Shown: positions 51,201 to 58,345 of the stretch, piece by piece
How positions within the stretch are numbered: the stretch's first letter is position 1
Layout of the letters: every line of letters begins with the position of its first letter
From: an uncultured Actinomycetes bacterium
GTDB taxonomy: Bacteria > Actinomycetota > Thermoleophilia > Gaiellales > Gaiellaceae
Length of the DNA stretch: 64,000 nucleotides
Reading direction: 5' to 3'
NCBI GenBank assembly: GCA_963803325.1
Contig: CAWDLU010000002.1
Span: forward strand, 154,982 to 218,981
The notes under the pieces: generated by a model
What the model saw: only the letters and a program-made list of their open reading frames with translations
Databases searched by the model: none
What the model was told of the DNA's origin: nothing
Made by a program: the position numbers and the translations under genes

Positions 51201-52400
51201 GGCAAGGAGCACGCCGCGCTTCGGGGTCACGACAACTACGTCGGGAGCGCCGAGTTCAGCCCCGACGGGACACGGGTCCTCACGTCGAGCTTCGACGACA
51301 CCGCTCGTGTCTGGGACGCGGCCGAGGAGGAGCCCCTGGTCACGGTGGGAAGCAGCAGGTTCCCGGTTGCTCGCGCCGCCCTCAGCCCGGACGGCAAGCG
51401 ATTCGTGACGACGCCGTCGCTCGGTGATCCGCGCGTCCTCGACGCCGGGACCGGGGCGGCGGTCTCTACCCTGGCCGTTGACGGCGCTCGGGTCGTCAGC
51501 GCAGAGTTCAGCGCCGACGGCCGCGACGTGGTCACCGCGGAGGCGGGCTCCGTGCGGATCTGGGCCGCGGCCACCGGCAGACTCGTGGGCTCGAAGGAGC
51601 TGAAGGGTGACCCCGTGGTCGCCGTCCCGAGCCCCGATGCCGCCGCCATCGTCTCGGTCAGCGTGGACGACTCCGCCGATCGGTCCGTGACCACGGTCGC
51701 GCTCTGGAATCGCACACGCCCGGAGCCGGCCGCGACCTGGCACCTCGACGGGCGTGGGCAGGGAGCGGACTTCGACGCGAACGGCCGCCGGCTCGTCGTC
51801 TGGTCGGAGGACGGCGGCGTCTCGGTGTGGGACATCCCCTCACGCCGCAGGCTCGCCGCCTTCTCGATCCCCACCGCGCTGCGGTCCGCTTCGCTCAGCC
51901 CCGACGGCTCGCGCGTGGTCACCGCCGGGAACGACGGCATTGCTCGGATCTGGGATGTCGCGAGCGGAGGGGAGCTGAAGAGCTTCAGCCATGCTCTCGC
52001 GGTCGTCGCCGCATCGTTCAGCGCCGACGGCAGCCGGCTGCTGACCGCCGGCCTCGACCAGACCGCGAAGATCTGGGACGCGCAAACGGGTGACGAGCTC
52101 GTCTCGTTGAAGGGTCACGAGTCCGAGCTTGCCGGTGCGACCTTCAGCGCCGGCGACCGATGGGTGGTGACCGCCGGTCTCGACGAGACGGCGCGCACCT
52201 GGGACGCGCTGACGGGTCAGGAGCTCGCGGTCTTTCAACATCCGGCCGCCGTCACCGAAGCGACATTCGACCGGGACGGCCGCCGCGTGCTCACGCTGGC
52301 GGCCGACTTCCGCGCACGCGTGTTCCGCTGCGATACGTGCCTTTCGCTCGACGGGCTCGTTCGCCTTGCCCGCAGCCGGCTCGTCGCCGGTCTCCAGTAG
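48267..52400 (+). CDS. TIR - nSTAND-type P-loop NTPase - hydrophobic helix - WD40 repeat protein (1377 aa)
   Basis: GTG 48267: 'AGVFISYRRSDT...DFVRIELATA' (TIR). 'PYPGMVAFGRADAARFFGREKEVGEIEDRL...FLCLVGPSGCGKSSLIAAG' (Walker A at about 48858-48884) and 'LLLVVDQLEELF' (Walker B) match the nSTAND1-type pattern. Helix 'AAIAGLAGLLIAAIVLAGVFL' at about 50050-50112. About 16 WD40 blades. C-terminal 'RVFRCDTCLSLDGLVRLA'. Confidence 0.85.
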   Translation: MAGVFISYRRSDTAPYAARLKVRLDSEFGDGYVFMDVDSLRPGEPFPKVIEQTIASTEAVLALIGPDWLTVTGADGRRRLDNPGDFVRIELATAFRQGRVVIPVLLENASMPHAVELPEPLAALAERHAIELGDKGWDGDVARLVQRLEEVVDTIPPRPYPGMVAFGRADAARFFGREKEVGEIEDRLASQRFLCLVGPSGCGKSSLIAAGVLADLERTQAVRWAVRTMRPGGAPMRSLGEALGAELDHTATPEAVGRAAGQAIASQQEAARLLLVVDQLEELFAQAGSDEQARFVAALEAIHEVDEASIVLAIRADFYGELMESALWPLVEGGKVDVPPLTGDALAEAIVEPAKACHVTIEPDLLERLLADAGNEPGALPLLQEALVRLWGSMHLHRISLAAYEQIGEGRGGLSAAVAETADAALAALSPKQVSIAKRVLLRLVQFGQGRPDTRRRLAFEDLRSEGDDDRALEEVLDSLARSRLVTLAGSATPGAGGELVDLAHEALIAGWPTMREWLAERRDAEQARRRLEGHVATWEEHDRTAAFLDEVELREAQGWLAGPDARELGVPRGLPELVAVSAAKLRRRRRLRRAAIAGLAGLLIAAIVLAGVFLRARNDAIHRANVALSRERAAGALAALSVDPHHSLRLALQAVDALRADRSATAADRQEAEAALRDAVRASRVRALLKGHTAEVVSAHFDASGRRVVTAGWDGTARVWDARTGRAEAVMRTGAVQLETAAFDPDGTRVITAQDDGTARVWNAGTGAPLAVLRHEPRSKVLDAGFSADGRFVVTAGSDGTARVWDASTWRPETTLGRVGGPEIRRAVFSRDGSLVATAGRDGFAVVWSTSTGRSLARLRHGAAVGSVRFGPDRSIVTASDDGTARVWCPFAREAKPVVLRGHQGVVTDAEFSPDGTRVVTASLDGTARLWSPRTGEELTVPLTHGGAVRTATFSPDGTRVVTASADQTARIWDARTGKEHAALRGHDNYVGSAEFSPDGTRVLTSSFDDTARVWDAAEEEPLVTVGSSRFPVARAALSPDGKRFVTTPSLGDPRVLDAGTGAAVSTLAVDGARVVSAEFSADGRDVVTAEAGSVRIWAAATGRLVGSKELKGDPVVAVPSPDAAAIVSVSVDDSADRSVTTVALWNRTRPEPAATWHLDGRGQGADFDANGRRLVVWSEDGGVSVWDIPSRRRLAAFSIPTALRSASLSPDGSRVVTAGNDGIARIWDVASGGELKSFSHALAVVAASFSADGSRLLTAGLDQTAKIWDAQTGDELVSLKGHESELAGATFSAGDRWVVTAGLDETARTWDALTGQELAVFQHPAAVTEATFDRDGRRVLTLAADFRARVFRCDTCLSLDGLVRLARSRLVAGLQ

Positions 52401-52515
52401 CCGGCACGAGATGCTGCGATTGTTGCGATTTCTTCACCGATGAGCGATCATCGCTGGACGGCAGGCGAACTGCGAGGGAGGGATCGTGCACCCGACGCGG
52501 GACGATGCTGCGGCC

Positions 52516-53790
52516 ATGCGGAGACCTAGGATCTTCGTCTTTGCCCTGCTCCTCCTCGCGATGATCGCAGTCTCGGGCTCGGCTCCGGCGGCCGGGAGCT
52601 CGCCTCTCGGCGCCGCCGCGGGCACGACCCAGGTGTTCATCGTCCCGAGCGGATACGGAGACATCGCGGTCGAGGGCGCCGGCGCTCCGTTTACCTGCAC
52701 GAACGAGCTGTACGCCGGCAGCGGGTGCGGGGTGTCGGTCCCGACCGGTACCAAGCTCACGTTCAGAGCGACCGCGAAGCCCGTACAGGCCCCGGAGCCG
52801 GGCGTCGACCCGCGCCCGAATCCGCCGGTTGCATCCGTGTTCGGCGGGTGGAGCCGGCCCGAGTGCACGTCCGGCGGGCCGTGCGTGGTCAAGGCCGCCG
52901 CCGCCGAGGAGTGGATCGTCGCGCAGTTCTCGCCGGTGTGGCTCGAGGCGCTCGTGGCCGGATCGGGCACAGTCAGCGCAGGCAATGTGCAGCGCACCTG
53001 CACCGACGATCGATGTGTCATGGGCCTGTTCAAGGCCGGTACGCAGGTGACGGTGACTGCCCGGCCGGCGACCGCCGGAGCGGCCACCAGGTTCGGCTTC
53101 GGCTGCGACCCGTACGAGAGCGATCTGACCGCCGGTCGCTGCGTCGTCGACATGTCGAACGTCAGGAACTTCGTCAGCGTCGGATTCGGCGACGCCGACC
53201 CGGACGGCTCCCCTCCGTTCAATCAAGCGGTCGATCTCAAGGTCGCGCGCGCCGGCAACGGTCAGGGACGAGTTCAGGGGAGCGGTCAGTCGGCCGATCT
53301 GAATGCGGGCCCGTGGAACATCGATTGCGGCAGCGCGTGCGACGTCAACGGTTTGCAGTACCAGACCCAGGTGCGGTTGCGGGCAGTGAAGAGCGACGGC
53401 TCGGTCTTCGAGCGCTGGACGGGACCGCCGTGTCTCAGCCAGGAGACCTGCACCTTCACAGCGGGCAGGTATCCGAAGGCGATCGCGATCTTCCGGAAGG
53501 AGCAAGCCTTCAGCGCAGCGGTTGTGACGGTCACGGCTACCGGGACGCGGGCGACGCGCGCCGTCGTCGCCCGCCTCTCGACGAACGCCGCCGCCACGGT
53601 GAGCCTGCGGCTTCTGCGGATGGGCAAGTCTCTGAGCCGGGGGAGCTTCGACGTCTCCGCGGGCACGAGCCGGCTCACCCTCAAGGTTCCCCGCAGCGCG
53701 GCGCCCGGCTGGTGCGCCCTCGACCTCTCCGTCGCCGCCGCCGACGGCACCACGCGCACGTTCCGTAAGTGGATCCGGATTGGAGCATAG
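52516..53790 (+). CDS. Secreted repeat protein (divergent InlB B-repeat-like modules)
   Basis: ATG 52516 with signal 'MRRPRIFVFALLLLAMIAVSGSAPAAG'. Recurrent 'F.GW..P.C....C' modules ('VFGGWSRPECTSGGPCVV', 'VFERWTGPPCLSQETCTF', 'FGFGCDPYESDLTAGRCVV'). Family call is tentative. Confidence 0.5.
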   Translation: MRRPRIFVFALLLLAMIAVSGSAPAAGSSPLGAAAGTTQVFIVPSGYGDIAVEGAGAPFTCTNELYAGSGCGVSVPTGTKLTFRATAKPVQAPEPGVDPRPNPPVASVFGGWSRPECTSGGPCVVKAAAAEEWIVAQFSPVWLEALVAGSGTVSAGNVQRTCTDDRCVMGLFKAGTQVTVTARPATAGAATRFGFGCDPYESDLTAGRCVVDMSNVRNFVSVGFGDADPDGSPPFNQAVDLKVARAGNGQGRVQGSGQSADLNAGPWNIDCGSACDVNGLQYQTQVRLRAVKSDGSVFERWTGPPCLSQETCTFTAGRYPKAIAIFRKEQAFSAAVVTVTATGTRATRAVVARLSTNAAATVSLRLLRMGKSLSRGSFDVSAGTSRLTLKVPRSAAPGWCALDLSVAAADGTTRTFRKWIRIGA

Positions 53791-53795
53791 GAGGC

Positions 53796-55322
53796 ATGGT
53801 GAATCTCTCGCAGACCGAGTTGAGGCGGCAGGTTCGGACAGCGAAGAAGAACGGCTGGGCGGCGATCTGCACCGAGGCGGAGCAGGCCGCCGGACTGCCG
53901 GCCGGGATCCTGCTCGCCGTCGCCTCACGGGAGACGAACGTGACCGACATCGTCGGCGATCGGGGACACGGCCGCGGGCTCTTTCAGATCGACGATCGCT
54001 CGTGGAAGGAGTGGCTCGCCGCGCAAGGCGCAGGCGGCAGTGGGAAGACGCCGCCGGTCGCCGCGGCGGCCCGCCTCGCCGCGTCGATCATCCGGGACAA
54101 CCGCGCCTTCGGGCGCAAGAACGGCGTCGCCGAGCCCGACCTCGCGAAGTTCGCGCTCTCCGCCTACAACGCGGGTGCGGGCGGTGCGATCAGGGGCTAC
54201 CGCGAAGGCGACTCGGACCTGCACACCACGGGGGCGGACTACGGGAAAGACGTCCTCGAGCGCCTGGCCGCGATCGCGGGTGGTGCTGCACCCGACCCGA
54301 AGCCGGCCGCGGACGACGTTCTCCGCGTCGGCTCGCGCGGGAGCCGCGTCACCGGACTCAAGGAGAGGCTCCGGCAGTGGTTCGACCTGAACGCCCCTGG
54401 CGAATGGGAGACGTTCAAGGTCGGCCAGGGCCCGCTCTTCGATCCGAAGCTGAAGCGCGCCGTCCGAGTGTTCCAGGAGCGGCAGGGGCTCCTGGTCGAC
54501 GGGGAGGTCGGCGCTCAGACGCTGGGGGTTCTCGGCATCGCCCCTGCTCCGGCGCCCGCTCCAGCCCCGAGTCTGCCGCCTGACCTGACGCTCGATCGCG
54601 TCTACCGGAAGGGAAGCGGCGGCGTGCATGTCCGGCTGATTCAGGGATGGCTCTGCCTGGGGGGCTTCGCGCTCGCGGCCGACGGGGAGTTCGGCCCGGC
54701 GACGCTGCGCCAGGTAAAGGCCTTCCAGAAGCAGAAGGGGTTGAAGCCGACCGGGGCGGTCGACGAAGCGACCTACGACGCCCTGACCGCCCCGATGCAC
54801 GCGGCGCTGAGGCCGCTCCCACCGGCCGCCTCGCTCGGTGCGATGGTGGTCGCGTATGCGAAGCAGCACCTCGCCCAGCATCCCCATGAGGTGCGGCTGA
54901 TGCCGAACGACGGGCCGTGGGTACGTCTGTACACCGACGGGCACGAGGGCGATGCCTTTCCCTGGTGTGCCGGCTTCGCGACGTTCGTCCTCAAGCAGGC
55001 GTGCGAGACGATGGACGTCCGGATGCCGGTCGCGCGAACGCTGTCGTGCGACGAGATGGCCGCGACTGCGAAGGCGTCGAGGATCTTCCTGGCGAGCCCG
55101 TCGACCGCCGAGCGCAAGCGGATCACGCCGGGAAGCATGTTCCTGCGGCGGGCGGTCTCCGGCGGCCTCGCGTACGCCCACACCGGCATCGTCACCGAGG
55201 CCGGCGCCGACACGTTCGCCTCGATCGAGGGCAACACGAACGACGGCGGCAGCTTCGAGGGCATCGAGGTGATCGACCGCGTCCGAAGCTACGACCGGAT
55301 GGACTTCGTTCTGATCCGGTAG
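53796..55322 (+). CDS. Multi-domain peptidoglycan hydrolase: lysozyme/transglycosylase-like N-terminus, two PG_binding_1 repeats, C-terminal CHAP/NlpC-like domain
   Basis: ATG 53796 is preceded by AGGAGG. 'LLAVASRETNVTDIVGDRGHGRGLFQIDDRSW' is a lysozyme-like Glu context. 'FDPKLKRAVRVFQERQGLLVDGEVGAQTL' and 'FGPATLRQVKAFQKQKGLKPTGAVDEATYDAL' are PG-binding repeats. 'FPWCAGFATFVLKQA...HTGIVTEAG...IEGNTNDGG' is a CHAP-like Cys/His. No signal peptide seen. Confidence 0.7.
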   Translation: MVNLSQTELRRQVRTAKKNGWAAICTEAEQAAGLPAGILLAVASRETNVTDIVGDRGHGRGLFQIDDRSWKEWLAAQGAGGSGKTPPVAAAARLAASIIRDNRAFGRKNGVAEPDLAKFALSAYNAGAGGAIRGYREGDSDLHTTGADYGKDVLERLAAIAGGAAPDPKPAADDVLRVGSRGSRVTGLKERLRQWFDLNAPGEWETFKVGQGPLFDPKLKRAVRVFQERQGLLVDGEVGAQTLGVLGIAPAPAPAPAPSLPPDLTLDRVYRKGSGGVHVRLIQGWLCLGGFALAADGEFGPATLRQVKAFQKQKGLKPTGAVDEATYDALTAPMHAALRPLPPAASLGAMVVAYAKQHLAQHPHEVRLMPNDGPWVRLYTDGHEGDAFPWCAGFATFVLKQACETMDVRMPVARTLSCDEMAATAKASRIFLASPSTAERKRITPGSMFLRRAVSGGLAYAHTGIVTEAGADTFASIEGNTNDGGSFEGIEVIDRVRSYDRMDFVLIR

Positions 55323-55393
55323 CCGCGAACGCTGTCGGCGAGGCGCCTGCGGCGCAGGCATTTGACTGGGAAATCAACGGTAGGCTTTCCCCA

Positions 55394-55630
55394 GTGCAGA
55401 CGACGATCGATTCCGGCGGACGAGTTCTCGTTCCCAAGGCGCTCCGGGACGCGCTGGGACTTCGACCAGGCTCGGTGGTTGATATCTCTCGCTACGGCGC
55501 CGGCCTGCAGGTGATCCCTGCCGGGCGAACGGCGAGCATCGTCGATGAGGATGGCGTCCCGGTGGCCACGGGGGACACCGTTATCGGCGACGAGGACGTG
55601 TTTGCGCTGATCGACGCCGGGCGGCGCTGA
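55394..55630 (+). CDS. AbrB/MazE/SpoVT-family antitoxin (VapB-like)
   Basis: From GTG 55394: '[28 protein letters not shown]' is the swapped-hairpin SpoVT/AbrB motif. Directly upstream of a PIN gene. Confidence 0.7.
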   Translation: MQTTIDSGGRVLVPKALRDALGLRPGSVVDISRYGAGLQVIPAGRTASIVDEDGVPVATGDTVIGDEDVFALIDAGRR

Positions 55631-55641
55631 TCCCGATCGGG

Positions 55642-55977
55642 GTGGATACCAGCGTCGCGGTGCCATTGCTCGTGCAGACGCATCGGGCGCGCGCAGAGGT
55701 GACGCGCTGGTGGGAGGGCCAAGAGATCGCGCTCTGCGGCCAGGCGCTCGCCGAGACCTACTCCGTGCTGACCAGGCTCCCCGGCGACGCGCGAATGGAG
55801 CCGACCGACGCAGCGCTGTTGTTGCGCGAGCGATTCGCCCGTCCGTTCGTGCTCCGGGCCGAGGCAACCGAGCGCGCCTTCCGCGGCGAGCTCGTCCCGC
55901 AGAGCCCCTCCGACGAGCCCGCGTCGGTCCTGCTCGAGCGCATCCGCGCCGAGCGCGCCGAGTCGTCCGACCTGTAG
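55642..55977 (+). pseudogene. Truncated PIN (VapC) toxin fused in frame to an hsdS C-terminal remnant
   Basis: The N-terminal about 75 aa, '[14 protein letters not shown]...[17 protein letters not shown]', are PIN/VapC-like, but the C-terminal half of the PIN fold is absent. From about 55869 the frame reads '[29 protein letters not shown]', the stereotyped C-terminus of type I S subunits. Confidence 0.55.
55869..55951 (+). repeat. 83-bp direct repeat, copy 1 (hsdS 3' end)
   Basis: CGAGCGCGCCTTCCGCGGCGAGCTCGTCCCGCAG...CTCGAGCGCATCCGCGCCG. Differs from copy 2 (56903-56985) at 3 positions by eye. Confidence 0.8.
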
Positions 55978-55991
55978 GCGATCATTTCGAA

Positions 55992-56706
55992 ATGAGCGGC
56001 GGAGCCGCGCGTCAGCGACCCTCGAATTTCGGATTCGCATTCCTCGACGAGACGGGAACGCTCGGGAGCGCTCGCGACCCGTTCTTTGCGGTCGGGCTCA
56101 TCCGGTGCAGCGACCCGTACAAGCTCCAACGCCCGATGCAGCGGATCCGGGACCGGCAGCACTTCTACGACGAGATCAAGTGGAACAAGGTGTCTGCGAA
56201 GAAGCTCCCACTCATGATCGACCTTCTGAACGTGTTCTTCAGCTCCGACGCGACGTTCAGCGCCTTTGTCGCGGACAAGTCCAAGCACGACGTGATCGGC
56301 AGGTTCGGAGGACAGTTCAAGGCGTACGAGGCGCTCGCTCGTCAGCTCGTCAAGGCGAGCGTGCGGCGCGGCGAGACACTCTGGGTGATCGCGGACGAGT
56401 ACAGCACGCCGCCGGGCGAGACATTCGAGGAGAACGTCTGCGACTACGTCAACGCGAGACTTCGGCGACCGGCAGTCGCCGGGGGTGTGCCGAATGCGAT
56501 CCACCGGCATCGACTTGCTCAAGCTGATCGATCTGCTCCTCGGGGCGGTCGTCTACGAGTACAAGGCGGCCTCGGGCGTCGTGGATCTGGCGGTCTACAA
56601 GCCGAAGGTGAAGCTTCTCCAGCATGTGAAGAAGAGAGCGGGCGTGCGGTCATTCACCGGCGGTTTCGGCGACGACAAGCTCAACGTCGCCGAGTACAAC
56701 TCATAA
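55992..56706 (+). pseudogene. DUF3800 family gene, frameshifted
   Basis: ATG 55992: 'FGFAFLDETGTLG...YDEIKWNKV...WVIADEYS' (DUF3800-like). After about 56470 the family-like sequence continues in another frame ('IDLLKLIDLLLGAVVYEYK...', ORF 56485-56706), while the original frame becomes Arg/Gly-rich. A G5 run at about 56482-56486 is the likely slip site. Confidence 0.6.
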
Positions 56707-56828
56707 GCGCGCCGCGCGAGGCGTAAAAGAAGAGCAGGCCATGGACCCTACGGTCGACGCCTGCTCGCCTCATTCTGCCTATCGGCCGCCGTCCGGTCAA
56801 TCGTTACCGGTCATTCCTTACACGTCGG

Positions 56829-57035
56829 GTGGCGGTTGGAACGACGCCTGCCTGGATCGAGCGGGCGCAGCGCCGTTCCGCGTCGCTCCGCCGCGCGGTG
56901 CTCGAGCGCGCCTTCCGCGGCGAGCTCGTCCCGCAGGACCCCTCCGACGAGCCCGCGTCCGTCCTGCTCGAGCGCATCCGCGCCGGGCGAGTCGCGGTTG
57001 ACTCCGCGCCTCGTGGCCGGAAGGGTCGTAGGTAG
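56829..57035 (+). pseudogene. Type I restriction S-subunit (hsdS) C-terminal remnant
   Basis: '[34 protein letters not shown]' is the conserved distal region of HsdS. Only about 60 codons remain and no target-recognition domain lies upstream. Confidence 0.55.
56903..56985 (+). repeat. 83-bp direct repeat, copy 2 (hsdS 3' end)
   Basis: See copy 1 at 55869-55951. Confidence 0.8.
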
Positions 57036-57126
57036 CGAGGGGGCACTCCCGAGCTGAGCCTGTCCGTTCCGGCCAATCGCGGCCGGCGGGGTCTGCGAGT
57101 ACGATCGAAGAGCGAGAGGAGGTTTC

Positions 57127-57825
57127 TTGAGCAACACCAAGGACGAGCGCTTCACCGTTCCGCGCTACACGATTGCCGAAGCCGCGCGGTTTCTCGGCGT
57201 GCCCACCACGACGTTCTCGAACTGGGCCCGCGGCTACAAGGCGACGTTCAGCGATCGGAAGAGCGTGATCGGGCAGCCGATCGTCACGGCGTTTGCAGCC
57301 GAGCGCCTCTATCCCTGCGTGCCCTTCGTCGGGCTGGCGGAGGGGATGGTAGTCGCGGCATTCCGGGAGGCAGGCGTGAGCTTGCAGCACATCAGGAAGG
57401 CCGTCGAGGTCCTCAAGCGGGAGATGAAGATCGAGCATGCTCTCGCCTCCGAGCGGCTCTTCACGGACGGTGCGAGCATCCTGTTCGACTACGCGAGCGA
57501 TGCGGACGACGAGCTGCTCACCCATGTCGTTACGCAGCAGCGCGTATTCGGCGCAATTGTCCGGGAGTACCTCCGCCGCATCACCTACGGCCGCAATGGA
57601 TGGCCCGTCCGCCTCGTCTCACCGACGACGCCCGGCGACATCATCGCAGTCGATCCCGCTCGGGCGTTCGGTCAGCCGATCCTCATCCGGGGCGGCGTTC
57701 GCCTGGAAGACGTGCTCGACCGGATCAGGGGAAACGATCGACCTTCTGACGTCGCTGTGGATATGGGTGTTCCGCTGGAGGACATCGAGGCCGTGCTGAG
57801 TGCCGAGCTCAGACGAGCTGCTTGA
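57127..57825 (+). CDS. HTH + DUF433 protein (VapB45-like putative antitoxin)
   Basis: N-terminal 'YTIAEAARFLGVPTTTFSNWARG' (MerR-like HTH). C-terminal 'AVDPARAFGQPILIRGGVRLEDVLDRIRGNDRPSDVAVDMGVPLEDIEAVL' matches the DUF433 pattern. Confidence 0.65.
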   Translation: MSNTKDERFTVPRYTIAEAARFLGVPTTTFSNWARGYKATFSDRKSVIGQPIVTAFAAERLYPCVPFVGLAEGMVVAAFREAGVSLQHIRKAVEVLKREMKIEHALASERLFTDGASILFDYASDADDELLTHVVTQQRVFGAIVREYLRRITYGRNGWPVRLVSPTTPGDIIAVDPARAFGQPILIRGGVRLEDVLDRIRGNDRPSDVAVDMGVPLEDIEAVLSAELRRAA

Positions 57826-58216
57826 GGTCTACGTCGATCGCAGCCTCGGGGCAACCGTCGTCCCCGCTGCGGTCCGGGCACGCGGTGTCGTGGTTCACGC
57901 CGAAATCGAGATCTTTGGCCGCGTCGCGGAGGGCGTGCCGGACACCGAGTGGCTCGAGCGCGCCGGCCGCGAGGGCTGGATTGTCTTCACGAAGGACACG
58001 CGTCTCAGATACCGCGTGGACGAAGTCGCCGCTCTTGTGCGCCATCGCGTAAGGGTGTTCGTACTCACAGCGGGCAACCTTGGCGCCTCGGAGCAGGCGG
58101 CGCGGTTCGTGAACAACCTGAACCGGATTCGGCGCGTGTCTCGTCGCCCCGGCCCATACGTGTACGCCGTGCACGCACGCGGACTGGAGCGCCTCTGGCC
58201 GAGGGATCCCTCGTGA
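57800..58216 (+). CDS. DUF5615/Mut7-C-like PIN-fold protein (putative toxin partner of DUF433)
   Basis: 138 aa, overlapping the upstream gene by 26 nt. 'VYVDRSLG...DTEWLERAGREGWIVFTKDTRLRY' resembles DUF5615-type proteins that pair with DUF433. Start is uncertain. Confidence 0.55.
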   Translation: MPSSDELLEVYVDRSLGATVVPAAVRARGVVVHAEIEIFGRVAEGVPDTEWLERAGREGWIVFTKDTRLRYRVDEVAALVRHRVRVFVLTAGNLGASEQAARFVNNLNRIRRVSRRPGPYVYAVHARGLERLWPRDPS

Positions 58217-58318
58217 GGGCGCCGCATCGTCGCGCGGTGTCGTGGAATAGCGGACGCGACGGCTGAGGATCGCGCGCCCGGCGCAGATTTCCGCCCAGCG
58301 GTGTTGCCTATCAATCAT

Positions 58319-58345
58319 CGGTTGATGCATAATAGACATCAACCG
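58319..58345. promoter_or_regulatory. Perfect 9-bp inverted repeat (candidate operator) at the start of the wHTH-NTase gene
   Basis: CGGTTGATG-cataataga-CATCAACCG. The right arm ends on the first base of GTG 58345. Locally AT-rich. Confidence 0.4.

Noticed and set aside
42056-52400. Canonical type I/II Thoeris or CBASS annotation for the TIR/patatin genes.
   Set aside because: There is no SIR2-SLOG or Macro-2TM ThsA, and no CD-NTase/SMODS cyclase. The TIR proteins are about 1000-1400 aa with WD40 arrays rather than ThsB-like. Only the logic is analogous, so it is reported as a hypothesis, not as a known system.
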